Origin: Eledone cirrhosa | Lineage: Eukaryota | Direction of reading: 5' to 3' | Length of the DNA: 64,000 nucleotides | Assembly (NCBI GenBank): GCA_964016885.1 | Contig: OZ024741.1 | Coordinates: 4,774,001 to 4,838,000, forward strand | Shown here: positions 14,650-30,530 of the stretch, one piece after another | How positions within the stretch are numbered: the first letter of the stretch is position 1 | Layout of the letters: each line of letters starts with the position of its first letter | Program-made: the position numbers and the translations under genes | Notes under the pieces: model-generated | The model's input: the letters and a program-made list of their open reading frames with translations, nothing else | Told to the model about the DNA's origin: nothing | Databases searched by the model: none

Positions 14650-17600
14650 AACTGTAGTTATACTGTAACCGTAGTTATACTGTAACTGTAGTTATACTGC
14701 AACTGTAGTTATACTGCAACTGTAGTTATACTGCAACTGTAGTTATACTGCAACTGTAGTTATACTGTAGCTGTAGTTATACTGTAGCTGTAGCTATACT
14801 GTAGCTGTAGTTATACTGTGACTGTAGTTATACTGTAGCTGTAGTTATACTGTAACTGTAGTTATACTGTAGCTGTAGTTATACTGTGACTGTAGTTATA
14901 CTGTAACTGTAGTTATACTGTGACTGTAGTTATACTTCAACTGTAGTTATACTGTAGCTGTAGTTATACTGTAACTGTAGTTATACTGTAACTGTAGTTA
15001 TACTGCAACTGTAGTTATACTGTAACTGTAGTTATACTGTAACTGTAGTTATACTGCGACTGTAGTTATACTGCGACTGTAGTTATACTGTAACTGTAGT
15101 TATACTGTAACTGTAGTTATACTGCAACTGTAGTTATACTGTAACTGTAGTTATACTGTAACTGTAGTTATACTGTAACTGTAGTTATACTGCAACTGTA
15201 GTTATACTGTAACTGTAGTTATACTGTAGCTGTAGTTATACTGTGACTGTAGTTATACTGTCACTGTAGTTATACTGTCACTGTAGCTATACTGTAGCTG
15301 TAGTTATATTGTAGCTGTAGTTATACTGTAACTGTAGTTATACTGTAGCTGTAGTTATACTCTAACTGTAGTTATACTGTGACTGTAGTTATACCGTGAC
15401 TGTTGTTATATTGTAACTGTAGTTATACTATGACTTTAGTTATACTGTAACTGTAGTTATACTGTAACTGTAGTTATACTGTAGCTGTAGTTATACTGTA
15501 AATGTAGATATACTGTAGCTGTATTTATACTGTGACTCTAGTTATACTGTAGCTGTAGTTATACTGTGACTGTAGTTATAATGTAGCTGTAGTTATACTG
15601 TGACTGTAGTTATACTGTAGCTGTAGTTATACTGTAACTGTAGTTATACTGTGACTAGTTATACTGTAGCTGTAGTTATACTGTCACTATAGTTATACTG
15701 TCACTGTAGCTATACTGTCACTGTAGTTATACTGTCACTATAGTAATACTGTAACTGTAGTTATACTGTAACTGTAGTTATACTTTAACTGTAGATATAC
15801 TGTAGCTGTAGTTATACTGTCACTGTAGTTATACTGTAGCTGTAGTTATACTGTGACTCTAGTTATGCTGTAACTGTAGTTATACTGTAGCTGTAATTAT
15901 AATGTAACTGTAGTTATACTGTAACTGTAGTTATACTGTAGCTGTAGTTATAATGTGACTGTAGTTATACTGTCACTATCGTTATGCTGTAACTGTAGTT
16001 ATACTGTAGCTGTAGTTATACTGTAACTGTAGTTATACTGTGACTAGTTATACTGTGACTGTAGTTATACTGTCACTATAGTTATGCTGTCACTATAGTT
16101 ATGCTGTCACTATAGTTATACTGTAACTGTAGTTATACTGTGACTGTAGTTATACTTCAACTGTAGTTATACTGTAGCTGTAGTTATACTGTGACTGTAG
16201 TTATACTGTAGCTGTAGTTATACTGCAACTGTAGTTATACTGTAGCTGTACTTATACTGTGGCTTTTATTATACTGTAACTGTAGTTATACTGTAGCTGT
16301 AGTTATACTGCAACTGTAGTTATACTGCAACTGTAGTTATACTGTAACTGTAGTTATACTGTAGCTGTAGTTATACTGTAGCTGTAGTTATACTTTAACT
16401 GTTGATATACTGTAGCTGTAGTTATACTGTAACTGTAGTTATACAGTAGCTGTAGTTATACTGTAACTGTAGTTATAATGTAGCTGTAGTTATACTGTAA
16501 CTGTAGATATACTGTAACTGTAGTTATACTGTAACTGTAGTTATAATGTAGCTGTAGTTATACTGTAACTGTAGATATACTGTAACTGTAGTTATACTGT
16601 AGCTGTAGTTATAATGTGATTGTAGTTACACTGTAACTGTAGTTATACTGTAACTGTAGTTATACTGTAGCTGTAGTTATACTGTGACTCTAGTTATACT
16701 GTAACTGTAGTTATACTGCAACTGTAGTTATACTGTAACTGTAGTTATACTGCAACTGTAGTTAAACTGCAACTGTAGTTATACTGTAGCTGTAGTTATA
16801 CTATGACTAGTTATACAGTAGCTGTAGTTATACTGTAGCTGTAGTTATACTGCAACTGTAGTTATACTGTAACTATAGTTATACTGCAACTGTAGTTATA
16901 CTGTAACTGTAGTTATACTGTAACTGTGGTTATACTGCAACTGTAGTTATACTGTAACTGTAGTCATACTGTAACTGTAGTCATAATGCAACTGTAGTTA
17001 TACTGTAACTGTAGTTATACTGTAGCTATACTCTAGCTGTAGTTATACTTTGACTAGATATACTGTGACTGTAGTTATACTGTAGCTGTAGTTATACTGT
17101 AACTGTAGTTATACTGTAACTGTAGTTATACTGTGACTCTAGTTATACTGCAACTGTAGTTATACTGTAACCGTAGTTATACTGTAACTGTAGTTATACT
17201 GCAACTGTAGTTATACTGCAACTGTAGTTATACTGCAACTGTAGTTATACTGCAACTGTAGTTATACTGTAGCTGTAGTTATACTGTAGCTGTAGCTATA
17301 CTGTAGCTGTAGTTATACTGTGACTGTAGTTATACTGTAGCTGTAGTTATACTGTAACTGTAGCTGTAGTTATACTGTGACTGTAGTTATACTGTAACTG
17401 TAGTTATACTGTGACTGTAGTTATACTTCAACTGTAGTTATACTGTAGCTGTAGTTATACTGTAACTGTAGTTATACTGTAACTGTAGTTATACTGCAAC
17501 TGTAGTTATACTGTAACTGTAGTTATACTGTAACTGTAGTTATACTGCGACTGTAGTTATACTGTAACTGTAGTTATACTGTAACTGTAGTTATACTGCA

Positions 17601-19560
17601 ACTGTAGTTATACTGCAACTGTAGTTATACTGTAACTGTAGTTATACTGTAGCTGTAGTTATACTGTGACTGTAGTTATACTGTCACTGTAGTTATACTG
17701 TCACTGTAGCTATACTGTAGCTGTAGTTATATTGTAGCTGTAGTTATACTGTAACTGTAGTTATACTGTAGCTGTAGTTATACTGTGACTGTAGTTATAC
17801 CGTGACTGTTGTTATATTGTAACTGTAGTTATACTATGACTTTAGTTATACTGTAACTGTAGTTATACTGTAACTGTAGTTATACTGTAGCTGTAGTTAT
17901 ACTGTAAATGTAGATATACTGTAGCTGTATTTATACTGTGACTCTAGTTATACTGTAGCTGTAGTTATACTGTGACTGTAGTTATAATGTAGCTGTAGTT
18001 ATACTGTGACTGTAGTTATACTGTAGCTGTAGTTATACTGTAACTGTAGTTATACTGTGACTAGTTATACTGTAGCTGTAGTTATACTGTCACTATAGTT
18101 ATACTGTCACTGTAGCTATACTGTCACTGTAGTTATACTGTCACTATAGTAATACTGTAACTGTAGTTATACTGTAACTGTAGTTATACTTTAACTGTAG
18201 ATATACTGTAGCTGTAGTTATACTGTCACTGTAGTTATACTGTAATTGTAGTTATACTGTAGCTGTAGTTATACTGTGACTCTAGTTATGCTGTAACTGT
18301 AGTTATACTGTAGCTGTAATTATAATGTAACTGTAGTTATACTGTAACTGTAGTTATACTGTAGCTGTAGTTATAATGTGACTGTAGTTATACTGTCACT
18401 ATCGTTATGCTGTAACTGTAGTTATACTGTAGCTGTAGTTATACTGTAACTGTAGTTATACTGTGACTAGTTATACTGTGACTGTAGTTATACTGTCACT
18501 ATAGTTATGCTGTCACTATAGTTATGCTGTCACTATAGTTATACTGTAACTGTAGTTATACTGTGACTGTAGTTATACTTCAACTGTAGTTATACTGTAG
18601 CTGTAGTTATACTGTGACTGTAGTTATACTGTAGCTGTAGTTATACTGCAACTGTAGTTATACTGTAGCTGTACTTATACTGTGGCTTTTATTATACTGT
18701 AACTGTAGTTATACTGTAGCTGTAGTTATACTGCAACTGTAGTTATACTGCAACTGTAGTTATACTGTAACTGTAGTTATACTGTAGCTGTAGTTATACT
18801 GTAGCTGTAGTTATACTTTAACTGTTGATATACTGTAGCTGTAGTTATACTGTAACTGTAGTTATACAGTAGCTGTAGTTATACTGTAACTGTAGTTATA
18901 ATGTAGCTGTAGTTATACTGTAACTGTAGATATACTGTAACTGTAGTTATACTGTAACTGTAGTTATAATGTAGCTGTAGTTATACTGTAACTGTAGATA
19001 TACTGTAACTGTAGTTATACTGTAGCTGTAGTTATAATGTGATTGTAGTTACACTGTAACTGTAGTTATACTGTAACTGTAGTTATACTGTAGCTGTAGT
19101 TATACTGTGACTCTAGTTATACTGTAACTGTAGTTATACTGCAACTGTAGTTATACTGTAACTGTAGTTATACTGTAACTGTAGTTATACTGCAACTGTA
19201 GTTATACTGCAACTGTAGTTATACTGTAGCTGTAGTTATACTATGACTAGTTATACAGTAGCTGTAGTTATACTGTAGCTGTAGTTATACTGCAACTGTA
19301 GTTATACTGTAACTATAGTTATACTGCAACTGTAGTTATACTGTAACTGTAGTTATACTGTAACTGTGGTTATACTGCAACTGTAGTTATACTGTAACTG
19401 TAGTCATACTGTAACTGTAGTCATAATGCAACTGTAGTTATACTGTAACTGTAGTTATACTGTAGCTATACTCTAGCTGTAGTTATACTTTGACTAGATA
19501 TACTGTGACTGTAGTTATACTGTAGCTGTAGTTATACTATAACTGTAGTTATACTGTGAC
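14650..19560. repeat. Tandem duplication of ~2.4-2.5 kb
   Basis: TAACCGTAG at 14666 and 17168; GTGGCTTTTATTATA at 16259 and 18682; CTATGACTAGTTATACAG at 16801 and 19241. Confidence 0.8.
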
Positions 19561-21890
19561 TCTAGTTATACTGTAACTGTAGTTATACTGTAGCTGTAGT
19601 TATACTGTAACTGTAGTTATACTGTAACTGTAGTTATACTGTGACTGTAGTTATACTGTAAGTGTAGTTATACTGTAGCTGGAGTTATACTGTGACTGTT
19701 GTTATACTTCAACTGTAGTTATACTGCAACTGTAGTTATACTGCAACTGTAGTTATACTGCAACTGTAGTTATACTGTGACTGTTGTTATACTGTCACTG
19801 TAGTTATACTGTCACTGTAGCTGTAGTTATACTGTAGCTGTAATTATAATGTAACTGTAGTTATACTGTAACTGTAGATATACTGTAACTGTAGTTATAC
19901 TGTCACTATAGTTATGCTGTAACTGTAGTTATACTGTAACTGTAGTTATACTGTAACTGTAGTTATACTGTAGCTGTAGTTATACTGTAACTGTAGTTCT
20001 ACTGTAGCTGTAGTTCTACTGTAGCTGTAGTTATACTGTAGCTGTAGTTATACTGTAACTGTAGTTATACTGTAGCTGTAGTTATACTGTAGCTGTAGTT
20101 ATACTGTGACTGTAGTTATACTGTAGCTGTAGTTATACTGTAACTGTAGTTATACTGCAACTGTAGTTATACTGCAACTGTAGTTATACTGCAACTGTAG
20201 TTATACTGTAACTAGTTATACTTCAACTGTAATTATACTGTAGCTGTAGTTATAGTGTGACTGTAGTTATACTGTAACTGTAGTTACACTTCAACTGTAG
20301 TTATACTGTAACTGTAGTTATACTGTAGCTGTAGTTATACTGTGACTGTAGTTATACTGTAGCTGTAGTTATACTGTAACTGTAGTTATACTGTAACTGT
20401 AGTTATACTGCAACTGTAGTTATACTGTAACTGTAGTTATACTGCAACTGTAGTTATACTGTAACTGTAGTTATACTGTAACTGTAGTTATACTGTAACT
20501 GTAGTTATACTGCAACTGTAGTTATACTGTAACTGTAGTTATACTGCAACTGTAGTTATACTGCAACTGTAGTTATACTGTAACTGTAATTCTATCGTAG
20601 CTGTAGTTATACTGTAGCTGTTGTTATACTGTCACTGTAGCTATACTGTAACTGTAGTTATACTGCAACTGTACTTATACTGCAACTGTAGTTCTACTGT
20701 AGCTGTAGTTATACTGTAGCTGTAGTTTTACTGTAATTGTAGTTATAGTGTAGCTGTAGTTATACTGTAGCTGTAGTTATACTGTAACTGTAGTTATATT
20801 GTGACTGTAGTTATACTGAGACTGTAATTACACTGTGACTGTTGTTATACTGTTACTGTTGTTATACAGTAACTGTAATTATACTGTGACTGTAGTTATA
20901 CTGAGACTGTAATTATACTGTGACTGTTGTTATACTGTTACTGTTGTTATACAGTAACTGTAGTTATACTGTGATTTTAGTTATACTGTAACTGTAGTTA
21001 TACTGCAACTGTAGTCATACTGTAACTGTAGTCATAATGCAACTGTAGTTATACTGTAACTGTAGTTATACTGTAGCTATACTCTAGCTGTAGTTATACT
21101 TTAACTGTAGATATACTGTACCTGTAGTTATACTGTAACTGTATTTATACTGTAGCTGTAGTTATACTGTGACTCTAGTTATACTGTAACTGTAGTTATA
21201 CTGTAGCTGTAGTTATACTGTGACTGTAGTTATACTGTAACTGTAGTTATACTGTAGCTGTAGTTATACTGCAACTGTAGTTATACTGTAACTGTAGTTA
21301 TACTGCAACTGTAGTTATACTGTAACTGTAGTTATACTGTAACTGTAGTTATACTGCAACTGTAGTAATACTTTAACTGTAGTTATACTGTAACTGTAGT
21401 TATACTGCAACTGTAGTTATACTGCAACTGTAGTTATACTGTAACTGTAGTTCTACTGTAGCTGTAGTTATACTGTAGCTGTAGTTATACTGTAACTGTA
21501 GATATACTGTAGCTGTAGTTATACTGTGACTGTAGTTATACTGTGACTGTAGTTATACTGTGACTGTAGTTATACTGTGACTGTAGTTATACTGTGACTG
21601 TTGTTATACTGTCACTGTAGTTATACTGTAACTGTAGTTATACTGTAGCTGTAGTTATATTGTAGCTGTAGTTTTACTGTAACTGTAGTTATACTGTAAC
21701 TGTACTTATACTGCAACTGTACTTATACTGCAACTGTAGTTATACTGCAACTGTAGTTATAGTGTAACTGTAGTTCTACTGTAGCTGTAGTTATACTGTA
21801 GCTGTAGTTATACTGTCACTGTAGCTACACTGTAGCTGTAGTTATATTGTAGCTGTAGTTATACTGTAACTGTAGTTATACTGTAACTGT

Positions 21891-21922
21891 AGTTACAGTA
21901 TATCTACAGTTACAGTATAACT
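21891..21922 (-). repeat. Inverted satellite segment, copy 5
   Basis: Same 32-mer as 1070-1101. Confidence 0.95.
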
Positions 21923-23059
21923 GTAGTTATACTGTGACTGTAGTTATACTCTAACTGTAGTTATACCGTGACTGTAGTTATACTGTAGCTGTAGTTATAC
22001 TTTAGCTGTAGTTATACTGTAGCTGTTGTTATACTGTAACTGTAGTTATACTGCAACTGTAGTTATACTGTAACTGTAGTTATACTGTAGCTATACTGTA
22101 GCTGTAGTTATACTGTAACTGTAGTTATACTGCAACTGTAGTTATACTGTGACTGTTGTTATACTGTTACTGTTGTTATACAGTAACTAGTTATAATGTG
22201 ACTTTAGTTATACTGTCACTAGTTATACTGTAACTGTAGTTATACTGCAACTGTAGTTATACTGTAACTGTAGTCATACTGTAACTGTAGTCATAATGCA
22301 ACTGTAGTTATACTGTAACTGTAGTTATACTGTACCTATACTCTAGCTGTAGTTATACTTTAACTGTAGATATACTGTGACTGTAGTTATACTGTATCTG
22401 TAGTTATACTGTGTCTGTAGTTATACTGTCACTCTAGTTATACTGTAACTGTATTTATACTGTGACTCTAGTTATACTGTAACTGTAGTTATACTGTAGC
22501 TGTAGTTATACTGTAACTGTAGTTATACTGTGACTAGTTAAACTGTAACTGTAGTTATACTGTGACTGTAGCTGTAGTTATACTGTCACTGTAGTTATAC
22601 TGTGACTTTAGTTATACTGTGACTGTAGTTATACTGTGACTGTTGTTATACTTCAACTGTAGTTATACTGCAACTGTAGTTATACTGTAACTGTAGTTAT
22701 ACTGTAGCTATAGTTATACTGTGACTCTAGTTATACTGTAGCTGTAGTTATACTGTAACTGTAGATATACTGTAGCTGTAGTTATACTGTGACTGTAGTT
22801 ATACTGTGACTGTTGTTATACTGTAGCTGTAGTTATACTGTAACTGTAGTTATACTGTCAATGTAGTTATACTGTCACTGTAGTTATACTGTAACTGTAG
22901 TTATACTGAAACTGTAGTTATACTGTAAATGTAGTTATAGTGTAGCTGTAGTTATACTGTAACTGTAGTTATACTGTAACTGTAGTTATACTGTGACTGT
23001 AGTTATACTTCAACTGTAGTTATACTGTAGCTGTAGTTATACTGTAACTGTAGTTATAC

Positions 23060-26000
23060 TGTAGCTATACTGTGACTGTAGTTATACTGTCACTGTAGCT
23101 ATACTGTAGCTGTAGTTATATTGGAGCTGTAGTTATACTGTAGCTGTAGTTATACTGTAACTGTAGTTATACTCTAACTGTAGTTATACTCTAACTGTAG
23201 TTATACTGTGACTGTAGTTATACCGTGACTGTTGTTATATTGTAACTGTAGTTATACTGTGACTTTAGTTATACTATGACTTTAGTTATACTGTAACTGT
23301 AGTTATACTGTAGCTGTAGTTATACTGTAAATGTAGATATACTGTAGCTGTAGTTATACTGCAACTGTAGGTATACTGTAGCTGTACTTATACTGTGGCT
23401 TTTATTATACTGTAACTGTAGTTATACTGTAACTAGTTATACTGTAGCTGTAGTTATACTGCAACTGTTGTTATACTGCAACTGTAGTTATACTGTAACT
23501 GTAGTTATACTGCAACTGTAGTTATAGTGCAACTGTAGTTATACTGTAACTGTAGTTATACTACAACTGTAGTTATACTGTAACTGTAGTTATACTGTAG
23601 CTGTAGTTATACTGTAGCTGTAGTTATAATGTAGCTGTAGTTATACTGTAACTGTAGATATACTGTAGCTGTAGTTATAATGTGATTGTAGTTACACTGT
23701 AACTGTAGTTATATTGTAGCTGTAGTTATACTGTGACTCTAGTTATACTGTAACTGTAGTTATACTGTAACTGTAGTTATACTGTAACTGTAGTTATACT
23801 ATAACTGTAGTTATACTGCAACTGTAGTTATACTGTAACTGTAGTTATACTGTAACTGTAGTTATACTGCAACTGTAGTTATACTGCAGCTGTAGTTATA
23901 CTGTAACTGTAGTTATACTGTAGCTGTAGTTATACTTTAACTGTAGATATCCTGTAGTTGTAGTTATAGTGTAACTGTAGTTATACTGTAGCTATAGTTA
24001 TACTGTGACTCTAGTTATACTGTGACTGTAGTTATAATGTAGCTGTAGTTATACTGTGACTGTAGTTATACTGTAGCTGTAGTTATACTGTAGCTGTAGT
24101 TATACTGTCACTGTAGCTATACTGTCACTGTAGTTATAGTGTCACTGTAGTTATACTGTCACTATAGTAATACTGTAGCTGTAGTTATACTGTAACTGTA
24201 GTTATACTGTAACTAGTTATACTGTAACTGTAGTTATACTTTAACTGTAGATATACTGTAGCTGTAGTTATACTGTCACTGTAGCTGTAGTTATACTGTA
24301 ATTGTAGTTATACTGTAGCTGTAGTTATACTGTGACTCTAGTTATGCTGTAACTGTAGTTATACTGTAGCTGTAATTATAATGTAACTGTAGTTATACTG
24401 TAACTGTAGATATACTGTAACTGTAGTTATACTGTAGCTGTAGTTATACTGTGACTGTAGTTATACTGTCACTATAGTTATGCTGTAACTGTAGTTATAC
24501 TGTAGCTGTAGTTATACTGTAGCTGTAATTATACTGTAACTGTAGTTATACTGTGACTGTAGTTATACTGTGACTAGTTATACTGTAACTGTAGTTATAC
24601 TGTCACTATAGTTATGCTGTAACTGTAGTTATACTGTAACTGTAGTTATACTGTAGCTGTAGTTATACTGTGACTGTAGTTATACTGTAACTGTAGTTAT
24701 ACTTCAACTGTAGTTATACTGTAACTAGTTATGGTGTAACTGTAGTTATACTGTAACTGTAGTTATACTTCAACTGTAGTTATACTGTACCTGTAGTTAT
24801 ACTGCAACTGTAGCTGTAGTTATACTGTAGCTGTAGTTATACTGTAGCTGTAGTTATACTGTAACTGTAGTTATACTTCAACTGTAGTTATACTGTAACT
24901 GTAGTTATACTGCAACTGTAGTTATACTGTAACCGTAGTTATACTGTAACTGTAGTTATACTGCAACTGTAGTTATACTGCAACTGTAGTTATACTGCAA
25001 CTGTAGTTATACTGCAACTGTAGTTATACTGTAGCTGTAGTTATACTGTAGCTGTAGCTATACTGTAGCTGTAGTTATACTGTGACTGTAGTTATACTGT
25101 AGCTGTAGTTATACTGTAACTGTAGTTATACTGTAGCTGTAGTTATACTGTGACTGTAGTTATACTGTAACTGTAGTTATACTTCAACTGTAGTTATACT
25201 GTAGCTGTAGTTATACTGTAACTGTAGTTATACTGTAACTGTAGTTATACTGCAACTGTAGTTATACTGTAACTGTAGTTATACTGTAACTGTAGTTATA
25301 CTGCGACTGTAGTTATACTGTAACTGTAGTTATACTGTAACTGTAGTTATACTGCAACTGTAGTTATACTGTAACTGTAGTTATACTGTAACTGTAGTTA
25401 TACTGTAACTGTAGTTATACTGCAACTGTAGTTATACTGTAACTGTAGTTATACTGTAGCTGTAGTTATACTGTGACTGTAGTTATACTGTCACTGTAGT
25501 TATACTGTCACTGTAGCTATACTGTAGCTGTAGTTATATTGTAGCTGTAGTTATACTGTAACTGTAGTTATACTGTAGCTGTAGTTATACTCTAACTGTA
25601 GTTATACTGTGACTGTAGTTATACCGTGACTGTTGTTATATTGTAACTGTAGTTATACTATGACTTTAGTTATACTGTAACTGTAGTTATACTGTAACTG
25701 TAGTTATACTGTAGCTGTAGTTATACTGTAAATGTAGATATACTGTAGCTGTATTTATACTGTGACTCTAGTTATACTGTAGCTGTAGTTATACTGTGAC
25801 TGTAGTTATAATGTAGCTGTAGTTATACTGTGACTGTAGTTATACTGTAGCTGTAGTTATACTGTAACTGTAGTTATACTGTGACTAGTTATACTGTAGC
25901 TGTAGTTATACTGTCACTGTAGCTATACTGTCACTATAGTAATACTGTAACTGTAGTTATACTGTAACTGTAGTTATACTTTAACTGTAGATATACTGTA

Positions 26001-29000
26001 GCTGTAGTTATACTGTCACTGTAGCTATACTGTAGCTGTAGTTATACTGTAATTGTAGTTATACTGTAGCTGTAGTTATACTGTGACTCTAGTTATGCTG
26101 TGACTCTAGTTATGCTGTAACTGTAGTTATACTGTAGCTGTAATTATAATGTAACTGTAGTTATACTGTAGCTGTAGTTATAATGTGACTGTAGTTATAC
26201 TGTCACTATCGTTATGCTGTAACTGTAGTTATACTGTAGCTGTAGTTATACTGTAACTGTAGTTATACTGTGACTAGTTATACTGTAACTGTAGTTATAC
26301 TGTCACTATAGTTATGCTGTCACTATAGTTATGCTGTCACTATAGTTATGCTGTAACTGTAGTTATACTGTAACTGTAGTTATACTGTGACTGTAGTTAT
26401 ACTTCAACTGTAGTTATACTGTAGCTGTAGTTATACTGTGACTGTAGTTATACTGTAGCTGTAGATATACTGCAACTGTAGTTATACTGTAGCTGTACTT
26501 ATACTGTGGCTTTTATTATACTGTAACTGTAGTTATACTGTAGCTGTAGTTATACTGCAACTGTAGTTATACTGCAACTGTAGTTATACTGTAACTGTAG
26601 TTATACTGTAGCTGTAGTTATACTGTAGCTGTAGTTATACTTTAACTGTAGATATACTGTAGCTGTAGTTATACTGTAACTGTAGTTATACAGTAGCTGT
26701 AGTTATACTGTAACTGTAGTTATAATGTAGCTGTAGTTATACTGTAACTGTAGATATACTGTAACTGTAGTTATACTGTAACTGTAGTTATAATGTAGCT
26801 ATACTGTGACTGTAGTTATACTGTCACTGTAGCTATACTGTAGCTGTAGTTATATTGGAGCTGTAGTTATACTGTAGCTGTAGTTATACTGTAACTGTAG
26901 TTATACTCTAACTGTAGTTATACTCTAACTGTAGTTATACTGTGACTGTAGTTATACCGTGACTGTTGTTATATTGTAACTGTAGTTATACTGTGACTTT
27001 AGTTATACTATGACTTTAGTTATACTGTAACTGTAGTTATCCTGTAACTGTAGTTATCCTGTAACTGTAGTTATACTGTAGCTGTAGTTATACTGTAAAT
27101 GTAGATATACTGTAGCTGTAGTTATACTGCAACTGTAGGTATACTGTAGCTGTACTTATACTGTGGCTTTTATTATACTGTAACTGTAGTTATACTGTAA
27201 CTAGTTATACTGTAGCTGTAGTTATACTGCAACTGTTGTTATACTGCAACTGTAGTTATACTGTAACTGTAGTTATACTGCAACTGTAGTTATAGTGCAA
27301 CTGTAGTTATACTGTAACTGTAGTTATACTACAACTGTAGTTATACTGTAACTGTAGTTATACTGTAGCTGTAGTTATACTGTAGCTGTAGTTATAATGT
27401 AGCTGTAGTTATACTGTAACTGTAGATATACTGTAGCTGTAGTTATAATGTGATTGTAGTTACACTGTAACTGTAGTTATATTGTAGCTGTAGTTATACT
27501 GTGACTCTAGTTATACTGTAACTGTAGTTATACTGTAACTGTAGTTATACTGTAACTGTAGTTATACTATAACTGTAGTTATACTGCAACTGTAGTTATA
27601 CTGTAACTGTAGTTATACTGTAACTGTAGTTATACTGCAACTGTAGTTATACTGCAGCTGTAGTTATACTGTAACTGTAGTTATACTGTAGCTGTAGTTA
27701 TACTTTAACTGTAGATATCCTGTAGTTGTAGTTATAGTGTAACTGTAGTTATACTGTAGCTATAGTTATACTGTGACTCTAGTTATACTGTGACTGTAGT
27801 TATAATGTAGCTGTAGTTATACTGTGACTGTAGTTATACTGTAGCTGTAGTTATACTGTAACTGTAGTTATACTGTAGCTGTAGTTATACTGTCACTGTA
27901 GCTATACTGTCACTGTAGTTATAGTGTCACTGTAGTTATACTGTAACTAGTTATACTGTAACTGTAGTTATACTTTAACTGTAGATATACTGTAGCTGTA
28001 GTTATACTGTCACTGTAGCTGTAGTTATACTGTAATTGTAGTTATACTGTAGCTGTAGTTATACTGTGACTCTAGTTATGCTGTAACTGTAGTTATACTG
28101 TAGCTGTAATTATAATGTAACTGTAGTTATACTGTAACTGTAGATATACTGTAACTGTAGTTATACTGTAGCTGTAGTTATACTGTGACTGTAGTTATAC
28201 TGTCACTATAGTTATGCTGTAACTGTAGTTATACTGTAGCTGTAGTTATACTGTAGCTGTAATTGTACTGTAACTGTAGTTATACTGTGACTGTAGTTAT
28301 ACTGTGACTAGTTATACTGTAACTGTAGTTATACTGTCACTATAGTTATGCTGTAACTGTAGTTATACTGTAACTGTAGTTATACTGTAGCTGTAGTTAT
28401 ACTGTGACTGTAGTTATACTGTAACTGTAGTTATACTTCAACTGTAGTTATACTGTAACTAGTTATGGTGTAACTGTAGTTATACTGTAACTGTAGTTAT
28501 ACTTCAACTGTAGTTATACTGTACCTGTAGTTATACTGCAACTGTAGCTGTAGTTATACTGTAGCTGTAGTTATACTGTAACTGTAGTTATACTTCAACT
28601 GTAGTTATACTGTAACTGTAGTTATACTGCAACTGTAGTTATACTGTAACTGTAGTTATACTGTAACTGTAGTTATACTGCAACTGTAGTTATACTGCAA
28701 CTGTAGTTATACTGCAACTGTAGTTATACTGCAACTGTAGTTATACTGTAGCTGTAGTTATACTGTAGCTGTAGCTATACTGTAGCTGTAGTTATACTGT
28801 GACTGTAGTTATACTGTAGCTGTAGTTATACTGTAACTGTAGTTATACTGTAGCTGTAGTTATACTGTGACTGTAGTTATACTGTAACTGTAGTTATACT
28901 GTGACTGTAGTTATACTTCAACTGTAGTTATACTGTAGCTGTAGTTATACTGTAACTGTAGTTATACTGTAACTGTAGTTATACTGCAACTGTAGTTATA

Positions 29001-30530
29001 CTGTAACTGTAGTTATACTGTAACTGTAGTTATACTGCGACTGTAGTTATACTGTAACTGTAGTTATACTGTAACTGTAGTTATACTGCAACTGTAGTTA
29101 TACTGTAACTGTAGTTATACTGTAACTGTAGTTATACTGTAACTGTAGTTATACTGCAACTGTAGTTATACTGTAACTGTAGTTATACTGTAGCTGTAGT
29201 TATACTGTGACTGTAGTTATACTGTCACTGTAGTTATACTGTCACTGTAGCTATACTGTAGCTGTAGTTATATTGTAGCTGTAGTTATACTGTAACTGTA
29301 GTTATACTGTAGCTGTAGTTATACTCTAACTGTAGTTATACTGTGACTGTAGTTATACCGTGACTGTTGTTATATTGTAACTGTAGTTATACTATGACTT
29401 TAGTTATACTGTAACTGTAGTTATACTGTAACTGTAGTTATACTGTAGCTGTAGTTATACTGTAAATGTAGATATACTGTAGCTGTATTTATACTGTGAC
29501 TCTAGTTATACTGTAGCTGTAGTTATACTGTGACTGTAGTTATAATGTAGCTGTAGTTATACTGTGACTGTAGTTATACTGTAGCTGTAGTTATACTGTA
29601 ACTGTAGTTATACTGTGACTAGTTATACTGTAGCTGTAGTTATACTGTCACTATAGTTATACTGTCACTGTAGCTATACTGTCACTATAGTAATACTGCA
29701 ACTGTAGTTATACTGTAACTGTAGTTATACTTTAACTGTAGATATACTGTAGCTGTAGTTATACTGTCACTGTAGCTATACTGTAGCTGTAGTTATACTG
29801 TAATTGTAGTTATACTGTAGCTGTAGTTATACTGTGACTCTAGTTATGCTGTAACTGTAGTTATACTGTAGCTGTAATTATAATGTAACTGTAGTTATAC
29901 TGTAACTGTAGTTATACTGTAGCTGTAGTTATAATGTGACTGTAGTTATACTGTCACTATCGTTATGCTGTAACTGTAGTTATACTGTAGCTGTAGTTAT
30001 ACTGTAACTGTAGTTATACTGTGACTAGTTATACTGTAACTGTAGTTATACTGTCACTATAGTTATGCTGTCACTATAGTTATGCTGTCACTATAGTTAT
30101 GCTGTAACTGTAGTTATACTGTAACTGTAGTTATACTGTGACTGTAGTTATACTTCAACTGTAGTTATACTGTGACTGTAGTTATACTGTAGCTGTACTT
30201 ATACTGCAACTGTAGTTATACTGTAGCTGTACTTATACTGTGGCTTTTATTATACTGTAACTGTAGTTATACTGTAGCTGTAGTTATACTGCAACTGTAG
30301 TTATACTGCAACTGTAGTTATACTGTAACTGTAGTTATACTGTAGCTGTAGTTATACTGTAGCTGTAGTTATACTTTAACTGTAGATATACTGTAGCTGT
30401 AGTTATACTGTAACTGTAGTTATACAGTAGCTGTAGTTATACTGTAACTGTAGTTATAATGTAGCTGTAGTTATACTGTAACTGTAGATATACTGTAACT
30501 GTAGTTATACTGTAACTGTAGTTATAATGT
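23060..30530. repeat. Tandem duplication of ~3.7 kb nested in the first 14.7-kb unit
   Basis: TTGGAGCTG at 23121 and 26855 (offset 3734); GTGGCTTTT at 26506 and 30240 (offset 3734); other rare variants such as GTAGGTATA and TTATGGTG in the same order. Confidence 0.82.
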
